A DNA stretch of 64,000 nt from Octopus sinensis (taxonomy: Eukaryota): positions 5,084,001 through 5,148,000 of the forward strand of contig NC_043000.1 of the NCBI RefSeq assembly GCF_006345805.1, read 5' to 3'. This document shows positions 24,051-37,219 of the stretch, in pieces. The translations under genes and the position numbers were made by a program. Every line of letters starts with the position of its first letter. Position 1 is the first letter of the stretch. The notes below the pieces were generated by a model. The model saw nothing but the letters and a program-made list of their open reading frames with translations, had not been told where the DNA came from and ran no database searches.

Positions 24051-24916
24051 ATAATATAAATCTTTAAAAACGATTTTTTTTTTTTAGAATTTTTTCCTTT
24101 TTTTTTTCCTTTTTATTTAAAGCTGAATTTTTATAGTCTCAGCAATTTAGTTAACATTGGAATGTATTGAAGGTTGAGAGGGATAAGGAGAAAGGATCTT
24201 GACACTGGGTGTAGTATGAGTCATTTCAGTGTATGTGTGTGTATACATTCATAATATATATATGTACATAGAGATGTACTTACCTATATAATATATATAT
24301 ATGTGTGTGCATATGTATTTTCATATACAAAATATACAAATGTAAATACACATGCACTTATAAGCATATATGTATATATATGCGTATATATGTGCTTAAA
24401 TGCACGTGTGTGTATATATAAATATATACACACACACATGCACACACATGCTCATACACATACATACACACATACATGAACATTACTTTTAAGCACAGTG
24501 GGTAATCTGCAGATTTTATCAGACCTATTGTAAAAATGTCTCTTCTAAGTTATATGCAATACAGAATCATGTTGTTTGGTATTGTCTACAAAAATATATC
24601 TTCTTAGACCACCAACAGCAAGACAATATATATTACATGATTGGCAGATATATATTCCTTCAGGTGGTAAACCTTTATTAACTTGTTTTGGTTCTTGTAT
24701 TCTTGTGTGGCTAATGGAACCAGTTGAAGACAGAACAAACATGGTTATAAGCTGAAGATTTGAGTAGGGTCATTGATAATAATTTTGATTTTTGTTCAAT
24801 GTGATTTTCTTTGGAATGCACAGAAACTTTTAGTATATTTTCTTCTCTATGATACCGTCTCATACATCACATATGCATTCATATATATCATACATACATG
24901 TATATATTTATATGAT

Positions 24917-24968
<52 letters not shown>

Positions 24969-25670
24969 TGAAATTTGATTTAGTATTTCTAAATTTAATT
25001 TTTCCCCGTAAGTTTGGAATAATTCCCTCCGCAGATTATTATTATCATATATATATATATATATATATATCATACATGTATGTATGTATGTATGTATGTA
25101 TGTATGTATGTATGTATGTATATGTAAACCTGCTAAAGCAGACGTTGGAATTTGATGCAATCTTCTGGCTTGTTAGATGCTGTCAAACCATACAAGCATA
25201 GAAGGTAGGCATTAAATAATGATGATGATGATAATGTTGATGGTGATGATAATTACACCTTATATGATATTTACAATGCGATGTTTATTTTATTTTATTT
25301 TATTTTATTTTATTTTTTTTTTTTTGTGGTCAATTGGTGGAGGGTGTCTGAAACAAATGAAGAAGCAGTGAGAGACATGAAATGTAGGTGTGGGAAGTGA
25401 AAGAATTACAAACATAGTGAACTGTAGCAAGAGGTTTTGTGATGGATGGAGTAGCAGGTATTTTGCTTTAAAATGAAACTGCAAATTTTCATTGCGAATT
25501 TTGCAAGAAATATATTTATTCTTAATTTCAAATTTTATATTCAAAAGGAAAAATAAAAGAAGAAAAAGAAAAAAAGATGGAAAACAAAAATGTGCAACAA
25601 GTTATTTTCAGATTACAGAATTTCACATGGACATACATGAGAACAAACACACACACATGCATATATATAT

Positions 25671-25705
<35 letters not shown>

Positions 25706-25786
25706 TTAATATATATAAATTATATATAATATAATATATATTATTATATTTATATATATAAATATATATATATATATATTATATAT

Positions 25787-25829
<43 letters not shown>

Positions 25830-26092
25830 TTATATATATATATATTATATATATAAATATATATATATATACTCAAAAACATACCGACACATGCACACAT
25901 ACAAATGCATATGCAAGCACACCCATACACAGACATATATGCATGCAAGTGATTATAACTTTTGCCTTTTCTCACTGAAAACTCAGTACAACATCAAACA
26001 CTCACTAACAAAGCATATTGCCAGGCATTTTAGGAAATATTTATAAACAAATGAAAAGAAAGTAGCGAAGTATTTTTTATATATATATATAT

Positions 26093-26144
<52 letters not shown>

Positions 26145-26326
26145 ATATATGTGTGTGTGTATGTATATATGTATTTAATGACGATGATGATGATGATGAT
26201 GATTGATGATGATATATTTATATGTATATAAATGGAGGAATACAATATTTTCAAATGATAAATATGTAACTAATTCCACCAACTATACTTTGGTATAGAA
26301 ATTTTTTTTGAAAGAAAGAAATTTAA

Positions 26327-26519
26327 CCCCTTTGATACTAAACCACCTGAGATTGCCCTTGGTTCTATATAGAAGCTTTTTTTTTTCTAAGTGATCTAAA
26401 TTAAAACCTCCTTTCAAAATTTCATGTTAATTAGTTGCTCCACTTTCCAGCCTAATAATGAGATAATTCTTCATTAGTTTAAAAATAAATTGAAACTAAG
26501 GAAACATGGTAATAAGAGG
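26327..26519 (+). mobile_element. piggyBac-like MITE family 2, decayed
   Basis: TTAA-CCCCTTTGATAC start; body similar to 46688-46908. Confidence 0.5.
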
Positions 26520-26590
26520 TAATACCTTATTTCATTCACACACACATATGTGCACACATGTACGCACAACACACACACACACACACACAT

Positions 26591-26950
26591 ATTCTTTTAT
26601 TCTTTTATTTGTTTCAGTCATTTGACAGTGACATGCTGGAGCACTGCCTTTAGTTGAACAAACTGACCCCAAGACGTTTTCTTTGTAAGCCAAGTGCTTA
26701 TTCTACCGGTCTCCTTTGTTGAACCACTAAGCTACAGGGACGTAAACACACCAGTAAGTCAGGGGGATGTAAACAAAGCAACACCAGTAACACTGGTTGT
26801 CATGTGATGTTAACATCAAGCAAATTCACTCCCTCCTAAAACATCAGTCATCTCCAGCCCATAGGAGAAATCCTTGCCTTGAGTGCCACAGTGTCAAGGA
26901 ATGATGCAGAACCCAGAACTGCAGGGTTAAGAAGCAGAATTCTTCATCAT
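26591..26950 (-). mobile_element. SINE family A, rearranged
   Basis: Tail and body on the reverse strand with an internal local duplication. Confidence 0.6.
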
Positions 26951-27160
26951 ATTGTATTGATCTTACAATACAATATATACTAAGCCCTAGATTGATGAAA
27001 GCTTTGGTGAGTGGATTTGGTATATGAAAACTGAAAGAAGCCTATAGTGTGTGTGTACACAGATATATATATATATTTATACAGATATATGTGTATGTGT
27101 TTGAGTATGTCCTTGTCTTAATATTATGCGATGGTTGTAGTTGAGAATTGCTGTCATACA
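26756..27160 (+). repeat. 405-bp duplicated block, copy 1
   Basis: Near-identical to 31221-31625 (about four substitutions seen). Confidence 0.9.
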
Positions 27161-28003
27161 CACACACCTGTGTTTAGCTTGTAACACACACACACCTGTG
27201 TTTAGCTTGTAACACACACACACACCTGTGTTTAGCTTGTAACATATTTAGCAATACCAATGAAGGATAAGATGCATAGCGTTCATATAGGGTTGCTCTA
27301 CTTAAACAACGTATTCAATTTCCAGTGGCATCGTTTTCTATAAGCCTGAACAGAGCTACCTTGCCGTTGCTATGACATTCTCAACTATTTTCATACGATA
27401 ATCTATTAATTCCCTCCAAGTTGCAATCGTTGTCTCCCTCTAGCTCTGTCTCTCTTTGTTGCTCAAGGACAACAACGCTGCAGTGTTTTTTAAACAGATG
27501 GTAATCTTACTTATGGTCTTGCTTAAATACAAGTGAGTCTATTTTTCAATCAACAGACTCTAAGTCTGGTCTTTAATATAGCAAAACTAACAACAGTGTC
27601 TCTAACTAGTTGCTCAGCCTACTAGAGATACAAGATACAATGACAAAATTTTCATCAAAATCACACAATGTACAGTTAGGTAAAAAAAAACAAAAAAAAA
27701 AACAGAAGGATGTACTGGACTATTAAGGTTTAGTTATGGCTGTGTAGATATGAAATTTGTTCTGCAGCCATGAGATTTTGGATTCAATCCCATTGTATAC
27801 TCATTGGTAACGTATTTCCTATTATAAGGTGAAGTTGACAAATACCTTGTCTGTGGAATACAGTTGACAGAAATACTGTAGAAGCTGATATATATATATA
27901 TACATATATAATTTACAAGATAAGGGCAGAAGAAAAATTCTAATGCCAGATACGCCGAAACAAAAAAATTTTCGATAACCATTAAATTTATGCGTCTCGA
28001 AAC

Positions 28004-28046
<43 letters not shown>

Positions 28047-28305
28047 TATATATATATGTGTGTGTGTGTGTGTGTTATATATATAATATGCTCTGCTGCC
28101 ATGTTTTTGTTCAAATACCTTCTCCTTCAGCAACCTTAGTATTTGCAATCATGGCTTGATAGCCAGAACATGCAGATCGGATAAGAAAGGTCACTCAAGA
28201 AGGACTGAGCAAGTGATTTGAAACAGTTCCGATTGCATCACCATTTTTTTTTTACCACTGAGCAAATATGCAATGTTTTGCAATGATCCAGCCTCTAATG
28301 ATAAT

Positions 28306-28355
<50 letters not shown>

Positions 28356-28369
28356 TAATAATAATAATG

Positions 28370-28406
<37 letters not shown>

Positions 28407-28436
28407 TAATAATAATAATGATAATAATAATAATAA

Positions 28437-28667
28437 TTGTCTTAACTGGTACATCACACGTATTGAGAAGAGCATTGTTGATGTGAGAACTGTTGCTGCT
28501 CATGTATTTTAATTTAACTTAAAAAAAAAAAAAAATTTAAAAAAAATGAACGAACTATTGAGTTTGGTTTAATGGCCTACCAATGTATACTATGAGTTTC
28601 TTTGCCCTAGGAGTCGGGAAGATACTCGGCAAGAAATGGAAGCAAATTTGAAAGAAGAAAAAAAAAA

Positions 28668-28669
<2 letters not shown>
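28437..28669 (+). mobile_element. R4/Dong-like retrotransposon 3' end in (AAT)n
   Basis: Translates IVLTGTSHVLRRALLM*, like the REL-LINE C-terminus (GTAHILR); (AAT)n on both sides. Confidence 0.65.
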
Positions 28670-28710
<41 letters not shown>

Positions 28711-29027
28711 TAATAATTATAACAACAACAACGGTAATAATAATAATAGTCATAATTATGATAATAATAATGATTTAGTGATAATAAAAAAATTTTTTAA
28801 CAGGCAGAACAGAAATTTGAGGGGAGGGGTTAGTTGATTTAGTTGATTTAGGGGTTAGTTGATTTCAGTAAACTTAGTACTGGACAGCTATGTCATTTTA
28901 TCAACTTCATAAGATTGAAAGACAAACTTGACTTTGGTAAGAATCAAAGTCAGAATGAAAAGACTCAGAAGAAATATTGCAAAGTATTTCTCTGCTCTGT
29001 AATTCTTAATTTATTATTGTGTGTATG

Positions 29028-29058
<31 letters not shown>

Positions 29059-29457
29059 TGTGTGTGTTTATGTATGAATGTATGAATATAATATATATAT
29101 ATATGTACATATGTACCTATATATACACACTCACACACAAATATATATACATATATAAATATACACATGCATATATAGATGCATGAAAGTGTGTAAAATC
29201 AATTATGCTTTTGGGAAAGGTATAAACACAAAAGTTACTAATCCATTATTCTATCCTGAAAGCCAATATGGTTGAACAGCCATTGGTGGATTATCCTTAT
29301 CATAAATGATCAATTAGCTGACTATCTTATGACAATGGTTTGTGTTTATATTGGTCTGTGTGTGTGTGTGTGTGCTATCTTTCTGCCTTTATGATTTAGT
29401 GAAAACGTTCAAAGAAAATAATAAATCTCTGAGCGAGGTATAAACAGTAGCTGCACG

Positions 29458-29844
29458 ACAATGTGAAGTATATTTACCACTTACATGTGGCTAACCACTA
29501 AGGGTGGTTGTAGCTTGTAGCCCCAGGGGAACATCTTCAGCTGGCTATTGACATTTATTATTGCTTGCTCACACTTTCTCGAGATCAGTGACTTTTTGTT
29601 ACTGGAAAAAGGATGTATTTTCATTGGGACCTCTTCACATCGAAGACCGGTGATTGTCGTGTGCTGATGACGGGTAAATACCCAGAAACCTGGGTCCATA
29701 CGTATCACATCATGTTGACGATGGGAAAGATGGCTTCCCTTTGCAAATACTGATAGGGCACAGAAAGTGTGTCAATAGCCAGCTGGAGTAGCATCCACCC
29801 TTAATGGTTAGCCACATTTAAGTGGCAAATATACTTCATATTGT
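29458..29844. mobile_element. Non-autonomous DNA transposon (MITE) with long TIRs
   Basis: About 52-nt TIR with 5 mismatches plus a further 15-nt match (CAGCTGGCTATTGAC). Confidence 0.75.
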
Positions 29845-30115
29845 TTAAAGAAAAATTCTCTCAAAAATTGGTTGGTACTAACACACACACAGACAAAATA
29901 TGTACATTCATTTACAATCACAGGTTTTCATAGAGTTTTAAGAAGTCACTTAAAATTCATATTCTGTTCTGATTTGACATATGAGCTTTCAAAATATTCC
30001 AAGAGTGCAATTTTATTTTGAAGATTTGCAATAAAAGGAAAGGATTTTTAAAAGAGCAATAATCTTATCAGATATTCCTCAAATCTTGTTGGACATTCAT
30101 TACCTACATATATAG

Positions 30116-30363
30116 TGACTCCTGTGCATGTGACACATAAAAAGCACCATTTGAGCATGACCACTGCCAGTACCAGTGGCACGTAAAAGCACCCACTACA
30201 CTCTTGGAGTGGTTGGCGTTAGGAAGGGCATCCAGCTGTAGAAACACTGCCAGATCAGATGGGAGTCTGGTGCAGCCATCTGGTTCGCCAGACCTCAGTC
30301 AAATCGTCCAACTCATGCTAGCATGGAAAGCGGACATTAAACGATGATGATGATGATGATGAT
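30116..30363 (+). mobile_element. RTE-tail element
   Basis: AAAAGCACC units, GGAAGGGCATCCAGC, (GAT)n. Confidence 0.75.
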
Positions 30364-30645
30364 ATATATGTCAGTATATACATAGGCAATGAAGATTTTT
30401 GAAGTCATCAAACACACCAACAGTTGTGCACACAAAAACTACACACATGCTTGCATGTGACAATATATTTTGGTATATACACATTGTATCACCAAACTAG
30501 TTATAGATATTAAATATGCATACATTTCACATGAGTGAAACCTACAGGAAAAACCCTCCAGGGTCAATCAACTTCTGGAAATGGAAGCAAAATCTCTTTC
30601 AATTCATATCTTTTCATTTTAAAAGAGAACATAAAATACTTAATG

Positions 30646-30855
30646 TACTCTTTTACTCTTTACTCTTTTACTTGTTTCAGTCATTTCACTGTGGCCATGA
30701 TGGGGCACCATCTTTAGTCAAGCAAATCGACCCCAGGACTTATTCTTTGTAAGCCTAGTACTTATTCTATTGATCTCTTTTGCCGAACCGCTAGGTTACG
30801 GGAACGTAAACACACCAGCATCGGTTGTCAAGCGATATTGGGGGGACAAACACAA

Positions 30856-30886
<31 letters not shown>

Positions 30887-31051
30887 TAATATACGACAGG
30901 CTTCTTTCAGTTTCCGTCTACCAAATCCATTCAAGGCTTTGGTTGGCCCGAGACTATAATAGAAGACACTTGCCCAAGGTGCCATGCACTGGGACTGAAC
31001 CCAAAACCATGTGGTTGTTAAGCAAGCTACTTACCACACAGCCACTCCTAC
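30646..31051 (-). mobile_element. SINE family A, full length
   Basis: Tail, body, CA tract, CORE and head all present. Confidence 0.85.
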
Positions 31052-31220
31052 GTAGTTCCCTATGTTTGAATAAAAGAGGAAATTGTCACAGTTAGTGAGA
31101 CTTTGATCAGAACTGACTTGTATACATATATACATATGCTTCCTAACTACAGGGTTCTGAGTTCAGTCCCACTCTATAACATCTTTGACAAGAATCTTCT
31201 ACTAAGCCCCAGATTGATGA

Positions 31221-31625
31221 AAGTCAGGGGGATGTAAACAAAGCAACACCAGTAACACTGGTTGTCATGTGATATTAACATCAAGCAAATTCACTCCCTC
31301 CTAAAACATCAGTCATCTCCAGCCCATAGGAGAAATCCTTGCCTAGAGTGCCAGAGTGTCAAGGAATGATACAGAACCCAGAACTGCAGGGTTAAGAAGC
31401 AGAATTCTTCATCATATTGTATTGATCTTACAATACAATATATACTAAGCCCTAGATTGATGAAAGCTTTGGTGAGTGGATTTGGTATATGAAAACTGAA
31501 AGAAGCCTATAGTGTGTGTGTACACAGATATATATATATATTTATACAGATATATGTGTATGTGTTTGAGTATGTCCTTGTCTTAATATTATGCGATGGT
31601 TGTAGTTGAGAATTGCTGTCATACA
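31221..31625 (+). repeat. 405-bp duplicated block, copy 2, inside an A2 SINE (~31140-31815)
   Basis: Near-identical to 26756-27160. Confidence 0.9.
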
Positions 31626-32253
31626 AGCCATGATGTTCCTTTCTAGTCTTCAGTGAAAAACATATCTAGCCATGGGGAAAATATTCCCATGCTTGTAAAC
31701 AGATGAGTGTTAGGAACAGGGAGAGCATCTGATTGTAGAAAACCATTTGGTTCAACGAATTCTGTCTGACCCATGCAAACATGGGAAAGTGAATATTAAA
31801 ACGATGATGATGAAGAGAGATGTGTCTGTGTGTGTGTGTTAAAAGCTGATGAGTTGAAGCTTCTAGACTCATTAGTCAGAGTTTCACATTGTTGATTATT
31901 CAAGCAGTTGAAGAATATATAATACACAAACCATCTATAAAAATATATAAGCAAACATATTCATAAACACATCGAAATAGGTGCAGTCATTCAGTCTTGA
32001 TTGGTTGCCAAAAGAGAATAAATAGAAATGAGTCATTTATTTATTTAACTGTCATAGGCACAACATGATATATTCTTCCATTCACATGAAAAACCATATT
32101 TTTATGTCATTAGTATCAAATGTGGAAGATACTCATAAAAATAAGAAAGTCACTATTCTTTTGATGTTGAGGCTTGTTTCTAATATGTGATCATCATTCA
32201 GGGTTTGTTAAATCCATTATGCGAGAAATAAATTGTTAGCCCATCAGTGATAA

Positions 32254-32505
32254 GAAATTCTTCAGTAAAAATCAATTGGAGTATCTGCAAAAGTTCACCA
32301 ATTCTGATCTTTTCAAAATTGCAAAAGACAGTTACAAAATGCTTTCTTGAGAGATAAATGCCACTTTTCTTGAGTTGTTAATATAAGAGTTATATATGTT
32401 TTATAATGGATCAATCAATTCTATAATTGTTGATATTATGATACTCTGAACTCCAGATATATTTGGACAGTGGGGTAGCAATGTGATTTTCTAAAATTCT
32501 GAATG
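32254..32505 (-). pseudogene. Penelope-like element GIY-YIG endonuclease C-terminal remnant
   Basis: ILENHIATPLSKYIWSSEYHNINNYRID*SIIKH ... ILKRSELVNFCRYSN*FLLKNF resembles the PLE motifs TxLSKYIWxLK...IxWxIL...LNKRSEL...CRH. Confidence 0.7.
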
Positions 32506-32981
32506 TATATATATGTAGCAAAAACGTTTTTTAAAGGGACTTTTAGTAAATCCAGTATAGATTGCCTTTCTTTCACTCAATAAACTAAGACAAATAGTAA
32601 CAGTACTGAAGGACAGATATTAAGGTTACTGCATTAAGATAAAGGGAAAAGCTTTGCTTATTGATATTGGGAAATCTATTTATATTGGCCATGGAAGCAC
32701 CAAATTCTTTGGTGCTATTGTCATCAATTTCAGCACAATTAGGTTAAATTGATCAGTCCAAGCCTTGTGAGTGAAACTGGGTTGACAGAACCCCATTGAA
32801 AGGATACCTGAAAATTTGGAGGTTCAACCTTATCACCCAGAGACATAGTATTTCTACATGAAAACTGCATTAAAGGTATCTGGATAAATGGAATATTCAA
32901 CGACTTTATATGTTAATTCAATAAGCAGCTCATTATCCATCCATCCATCCATCCATCCATCCATATATAATATATATATTA

Positions 32982-33012
<31 letters not shown>

Positions 33013-33266
33013 AAGTATATATAAATATGTGTGTGTATTATATATAATATATATATGTATGTGTATATATATATATATATATAATAGATATATAGGTATG
33101 TATGTACATATATATATATATATATATAATATTATATATATATAGTTAAAGCAATTAAGATTCAAGTGAGTTCCAATGAATTCACATGATGCAGTACGTA
33201 ACTTAGATGCACCAGAAATTTATATGGTATTAACCAAAAAATAATGTGGGGTGATTATAAACAAGA

Positions 33267-33490
33267 ATGGATTAGTTGTTCAGTACAATTGTTTCATACG
33301 AAGAACAGCTTTATTAAAAGCTGCAAATATTGCAGCAAATACAAGTGTCCTGTACTCATCAGCCAAAACACATATGAATTCTCCAAACATCCTAAGGGGT
33401 GAGGCTACACTCATGAATTTTCTGCAATATTTGCAGCTTTTAATAAAACTGTTCTTTGTATGAAACAATTGTACTGAAAAACTAATCCAT
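33267..33490. mobile_element. Foldback/MITE-like element
   Basis: About 74-nt inverted arms (33267-33340 and 33417-33490) with few mismatches. Confidence 0.75.
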
Positions 33491-33505
33491 CATGTTGCTT
33501 TTTCT

Positions 33506-33572
<67 letters not shown>

Positions 33573-33600
33573 TATATATATATATATTATATAATATATA

Positions 33601-33644
<44 letters not shown>

Positions 33645-33699
33645 GTATCTATATATATATGTATGTATCTATATATATATACATATATATATATGTATG

Positions 33700-33756
<57 letters not shown>

Positions 33757-34033
33757 GTTGGTCGTTATTTATGATGTGTTCAGAATCAGTTCTACTGATG
33801 AACATAGACGTATTTGATGCGTTAAGTGTGTGAAATCACAGGTGATATAGAACTAAATTCATTTTTTAAATGTCTTGCTTCGAAAACTGCATTTGGGTAC
33901 AATTAGTTAAATTTTGGTAGTAATGACTTATGTCCCTCTTAGCGTGAGGCATTTATGTGTAATATGCCCTCTATACAATATAAATATATATATATATATA
34001 TATCTATATAATATATATATATAATATATATAT

Positions 34034-34067
<34 letters not shown>

Positions 34068-34499
34068 TGTATATAAATACTTTTTGGCTGATCTTACTTT
34101 AATGTAAGAGTTAACTAAAAATGTATGTGTGTTCGTGTGTGTTTGTGTGTGCGTGCGTGTGTGCATGTGTATGAGTGTCTGCATGTGTCTGTATGTATGT
34201 GTGTAAAAATTTGTATGTGTATATAAATACACAAATACATATACAAGAGTACTATTCATATTTATTTTACATTTGGCAGACCAAACCAGCTGAAGGAATA
34301 CAAGGTGAGAAAAACGTTTCATGGAAACGTTGGCCTCTTGTGATGCAGGGATAACTGAGTAAGAAGCACCACTGATAGTCAGGTAAAACCAGGTGTATCT
34401 TAAGTGTGATGGCAGTAGTCAGGTATGGAATGTTAGAACTAAGCTAGTCTCACTACCCACTGAACAATCAACTTACCTACATACCAACACACACTCAAC

Positions 34500-34576
34500 A
34501 ACCAACCAATCCAATGCATCCATCCAGCCATCCATCCATCTATTCATCCATCCATCCTTCCACCAATCAATCTATG

Positions 34577-34613
<37 letters not shown>

Positions 34614-35289
34614 CTATCTATCTATCTATCTATCTATCTATCCAACTCTTTCCCTCTCTCTCTCTATCTATCTACCTGTGTGTGTATTTGTTTGTCTATC
34701 AATTTATCTACCTATCTATCTGTCTGTCTATCTACATTGCTATCTAATTATCTATCTATCAGTCTGCCTGCCAGTCTGTCTGTGAAGTTGTCTGTCTGTC
34801 TGTCTGCCTACCTACCTACCTATAGACCTACCTACCTATAGACCTACCTACCTACCTACCTACCTACCTATCTTTCTTTCTATCGGTCTATCTATCTGTC
34901 TATCTATCTACCTATCTATTTACCTACTTACCTGCTTATCACCTATTTGCCAGCTTCTCAATCCTCTCTTGGTCTATCTTTCTCTTTCTCTCTCATTTTG
35001 CTCCCCATCTTTTTCCCTATCCTTCTCTCTCATCCTGTCTCTCCCCCCACCCACCCTCTCTCTCTCTCTCTTACACACACAGCCTTACCCTCCCATCTCC
35101 TCTATTCCAAAGTACTCTTGGTATTCCTTCGTGGCTATCTTATGTAGACAGATGCTACCGTTGGTATCTAATGCAGGTATCCAGAGGAAAAAGATAAAAG
35201 AAGGAGAGAGAAAGAGAGAGAAAGAGAGAAAGGGAGTAGGAATGTGAGAGAAAAAGCAATGCTAGAAGTAATGATAGGAAACGTAGAGG

Positions 35290-35337
<48 letters not shown>

Positions 35338-36207
35338 TTATGGGAGGGAAGATGGTGTTTGAAATTGAAGGTAGGGGAAAGAAGAAAGGAAAAGATGGGT
35401 GTAATGAGACAATGATTGCAAAGAAAAAAGAAAGAGAGAAAGAAGGAAAGAATGAAATGAAAGAAGCAAAGAAGAAACAAACAAATAATATATATATATA
35501 TATATAAAAAAAAAACAATAAAGGTGAAAAAGTATGCTAAGGTATAAGATTACACAAATCCAATCTGCTAAAAATATTTTTGTACTATTTAATGTTTAAC
35601 TTGCTCTATTAACTGACATCTACAGAATGAAGAATTCTTACCAGGAGTTAACCATTTGGGGGTAGCTGGAGGAAGGAAGGGGGGAGGGAAGGAGGGAGGG
35701 AGAGAGACGGAGAGAGACAGGGAGAGAGGGATAGACAGAATGAGAGAGAAACAGAGAGAGAGAGAGAGAGAGTGTGAGAGAGAGAGGCAGAAATAAGGAA
35801 AGAGGCAAGGAAAAGTGGGAAACTGAAAAAGACAGGCAGACAGACAAACTGTCGGGGCGGGGGGATAAGAAGGTGGGGTGCGTGGGGGAGAAAGAGAGGC
35901 AGAGAGAGAGAGAGACAGGGAGAGACAGATAGACAGAATGAGAGAGAGAGTGAGAGAGAGAGGCAGAAGTAAAGAAAGAGGCAAGGAAAAGTGGGGAAAC
36001 TGAAAAAGACAGACAGACAGACAAACTGTCGGGGGGGGGATAAGAAGGTGGGGTGCGTGGGGGAGAAAGGGAGGCAGAGAGAGAGACAGGTAGACAGAGA
36101 AAGAGTAAGAAAAGCAGGGTGGGGCTGAAAAAGAGACAGACAGACAGACAAGCAAATAGAGAAATAAAGGAGAGAGACGGAGAGAGAGAGAAGTAGGCAA
36201 AGAGAGT

Positions 36208-36248
<41 letters not shown>

Positions 36249-36580
36249 TACAGGTAGACAGAAAGAGAGAAAGAGACTAAGAAAATTGGGAGACTATCTG
36301 CCTTCTCCTCCTCATCACTAATGTTTTAAGTACCTGATATATTATATATACCTGATATTCTGTTCATCCATACCCACCAACAGACAGACAGACAGACAGA
36401 TAGTTAGGGGAATAAAGAGAGAGGAAGAGAGAGGAAAATGCAGGCTATCAAAGAGAGTGAAGAGACAGAGATAGATAGAGAGAGGGAAAGAGAGGGAAAG
36501 GTAGGGTAAGAACAGAAAGGAAGATAAAGAGAGATAGATGGAAAACAAAAAAGAAGTGATTAAGAAAGAGGCAGAATGTC

Positions 36581-36624
<44 letters not shown>

Positions 36625-36730
36625 TATTTATTAACCATGAGGTTGAGAAAAAGAGAGAGAGAGAGACAGACAAACAGAGAGGTGTGAGAAGTATATACAG
36701 AGGAGAGACAGTAAAAATAGAAAGAGAATC

Positions 36731-36793
<63 letters not shown>

Positions 36794-37100
36794 GCAAATA
36801 GACAGGGAGCCAGCTCCAGATAGACTGATATATAGTTAGAGAAAGAGACAGAGAGAGTGTGTGAGAGAGACAGGTAGACAAACAGAGAGAAGTGAAAAGA
36901 TAAAGAAAATGAGAGAGAAAGAGAAGAAAGGTAGAACCAGAGCCAGAGAGATAGACAGGTAGAAAGAATACCAGCCAGAGAGAGAGAGAGAGAGAGGGGG
37001 AGACAGACAGACAGACAGAATAAGAAAAGAAAAAGAAAGAAATAAAGAGAGAGAGAGAGAGAGAGGGGGGTAGTAGGTAGTTGGGGAAAATGATTAATTA
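34500..37100. repeat. Long low-complexity R/Y-biased domain with an internal ~190-bp tandem duplication (35711-36090)
   Basis: TCTA/CT-rich to ~35130, then GA/GATA/GACA-rich. Confidence 0.85.
35642..35665 (-). other. Candidate 24-nt microexon
   Basis: cccttccttcctccag|CTACCCCCAAATGGTTAACTCCTG|gtaaga; open as (A)TPKWLTP(G) in phase 1-1. Confidence 0.25.
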
Positions 37101-37219
37101 AATAAATAAAGAAATAAATACAAACATTGAAAAAATATATATAAAACATAGAAATGGAATGAAAAGAGATCCATTTGGTGCTTTATGTTCTAAATCTAAT
37201 CTAAAAGTTTCAGAAAGTT

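Noticed and set aside
24545-24770. Segment open on both strands (YICQSCN; RPPTARQYILHDWQIY)
   Set aside because: No complete zinc-finger spacing, modest splice signals and no homology recognised
28825-28870. Telomere-like TTAGGG repeats
   Set aside because: A short local duplication inside a decayed SINE; not an array
32150-32250. Second functional hammerhead downstream of the PLE fossil
   Set aside because: The core has an insertion and stems I and III cannot be formed; at most a relic
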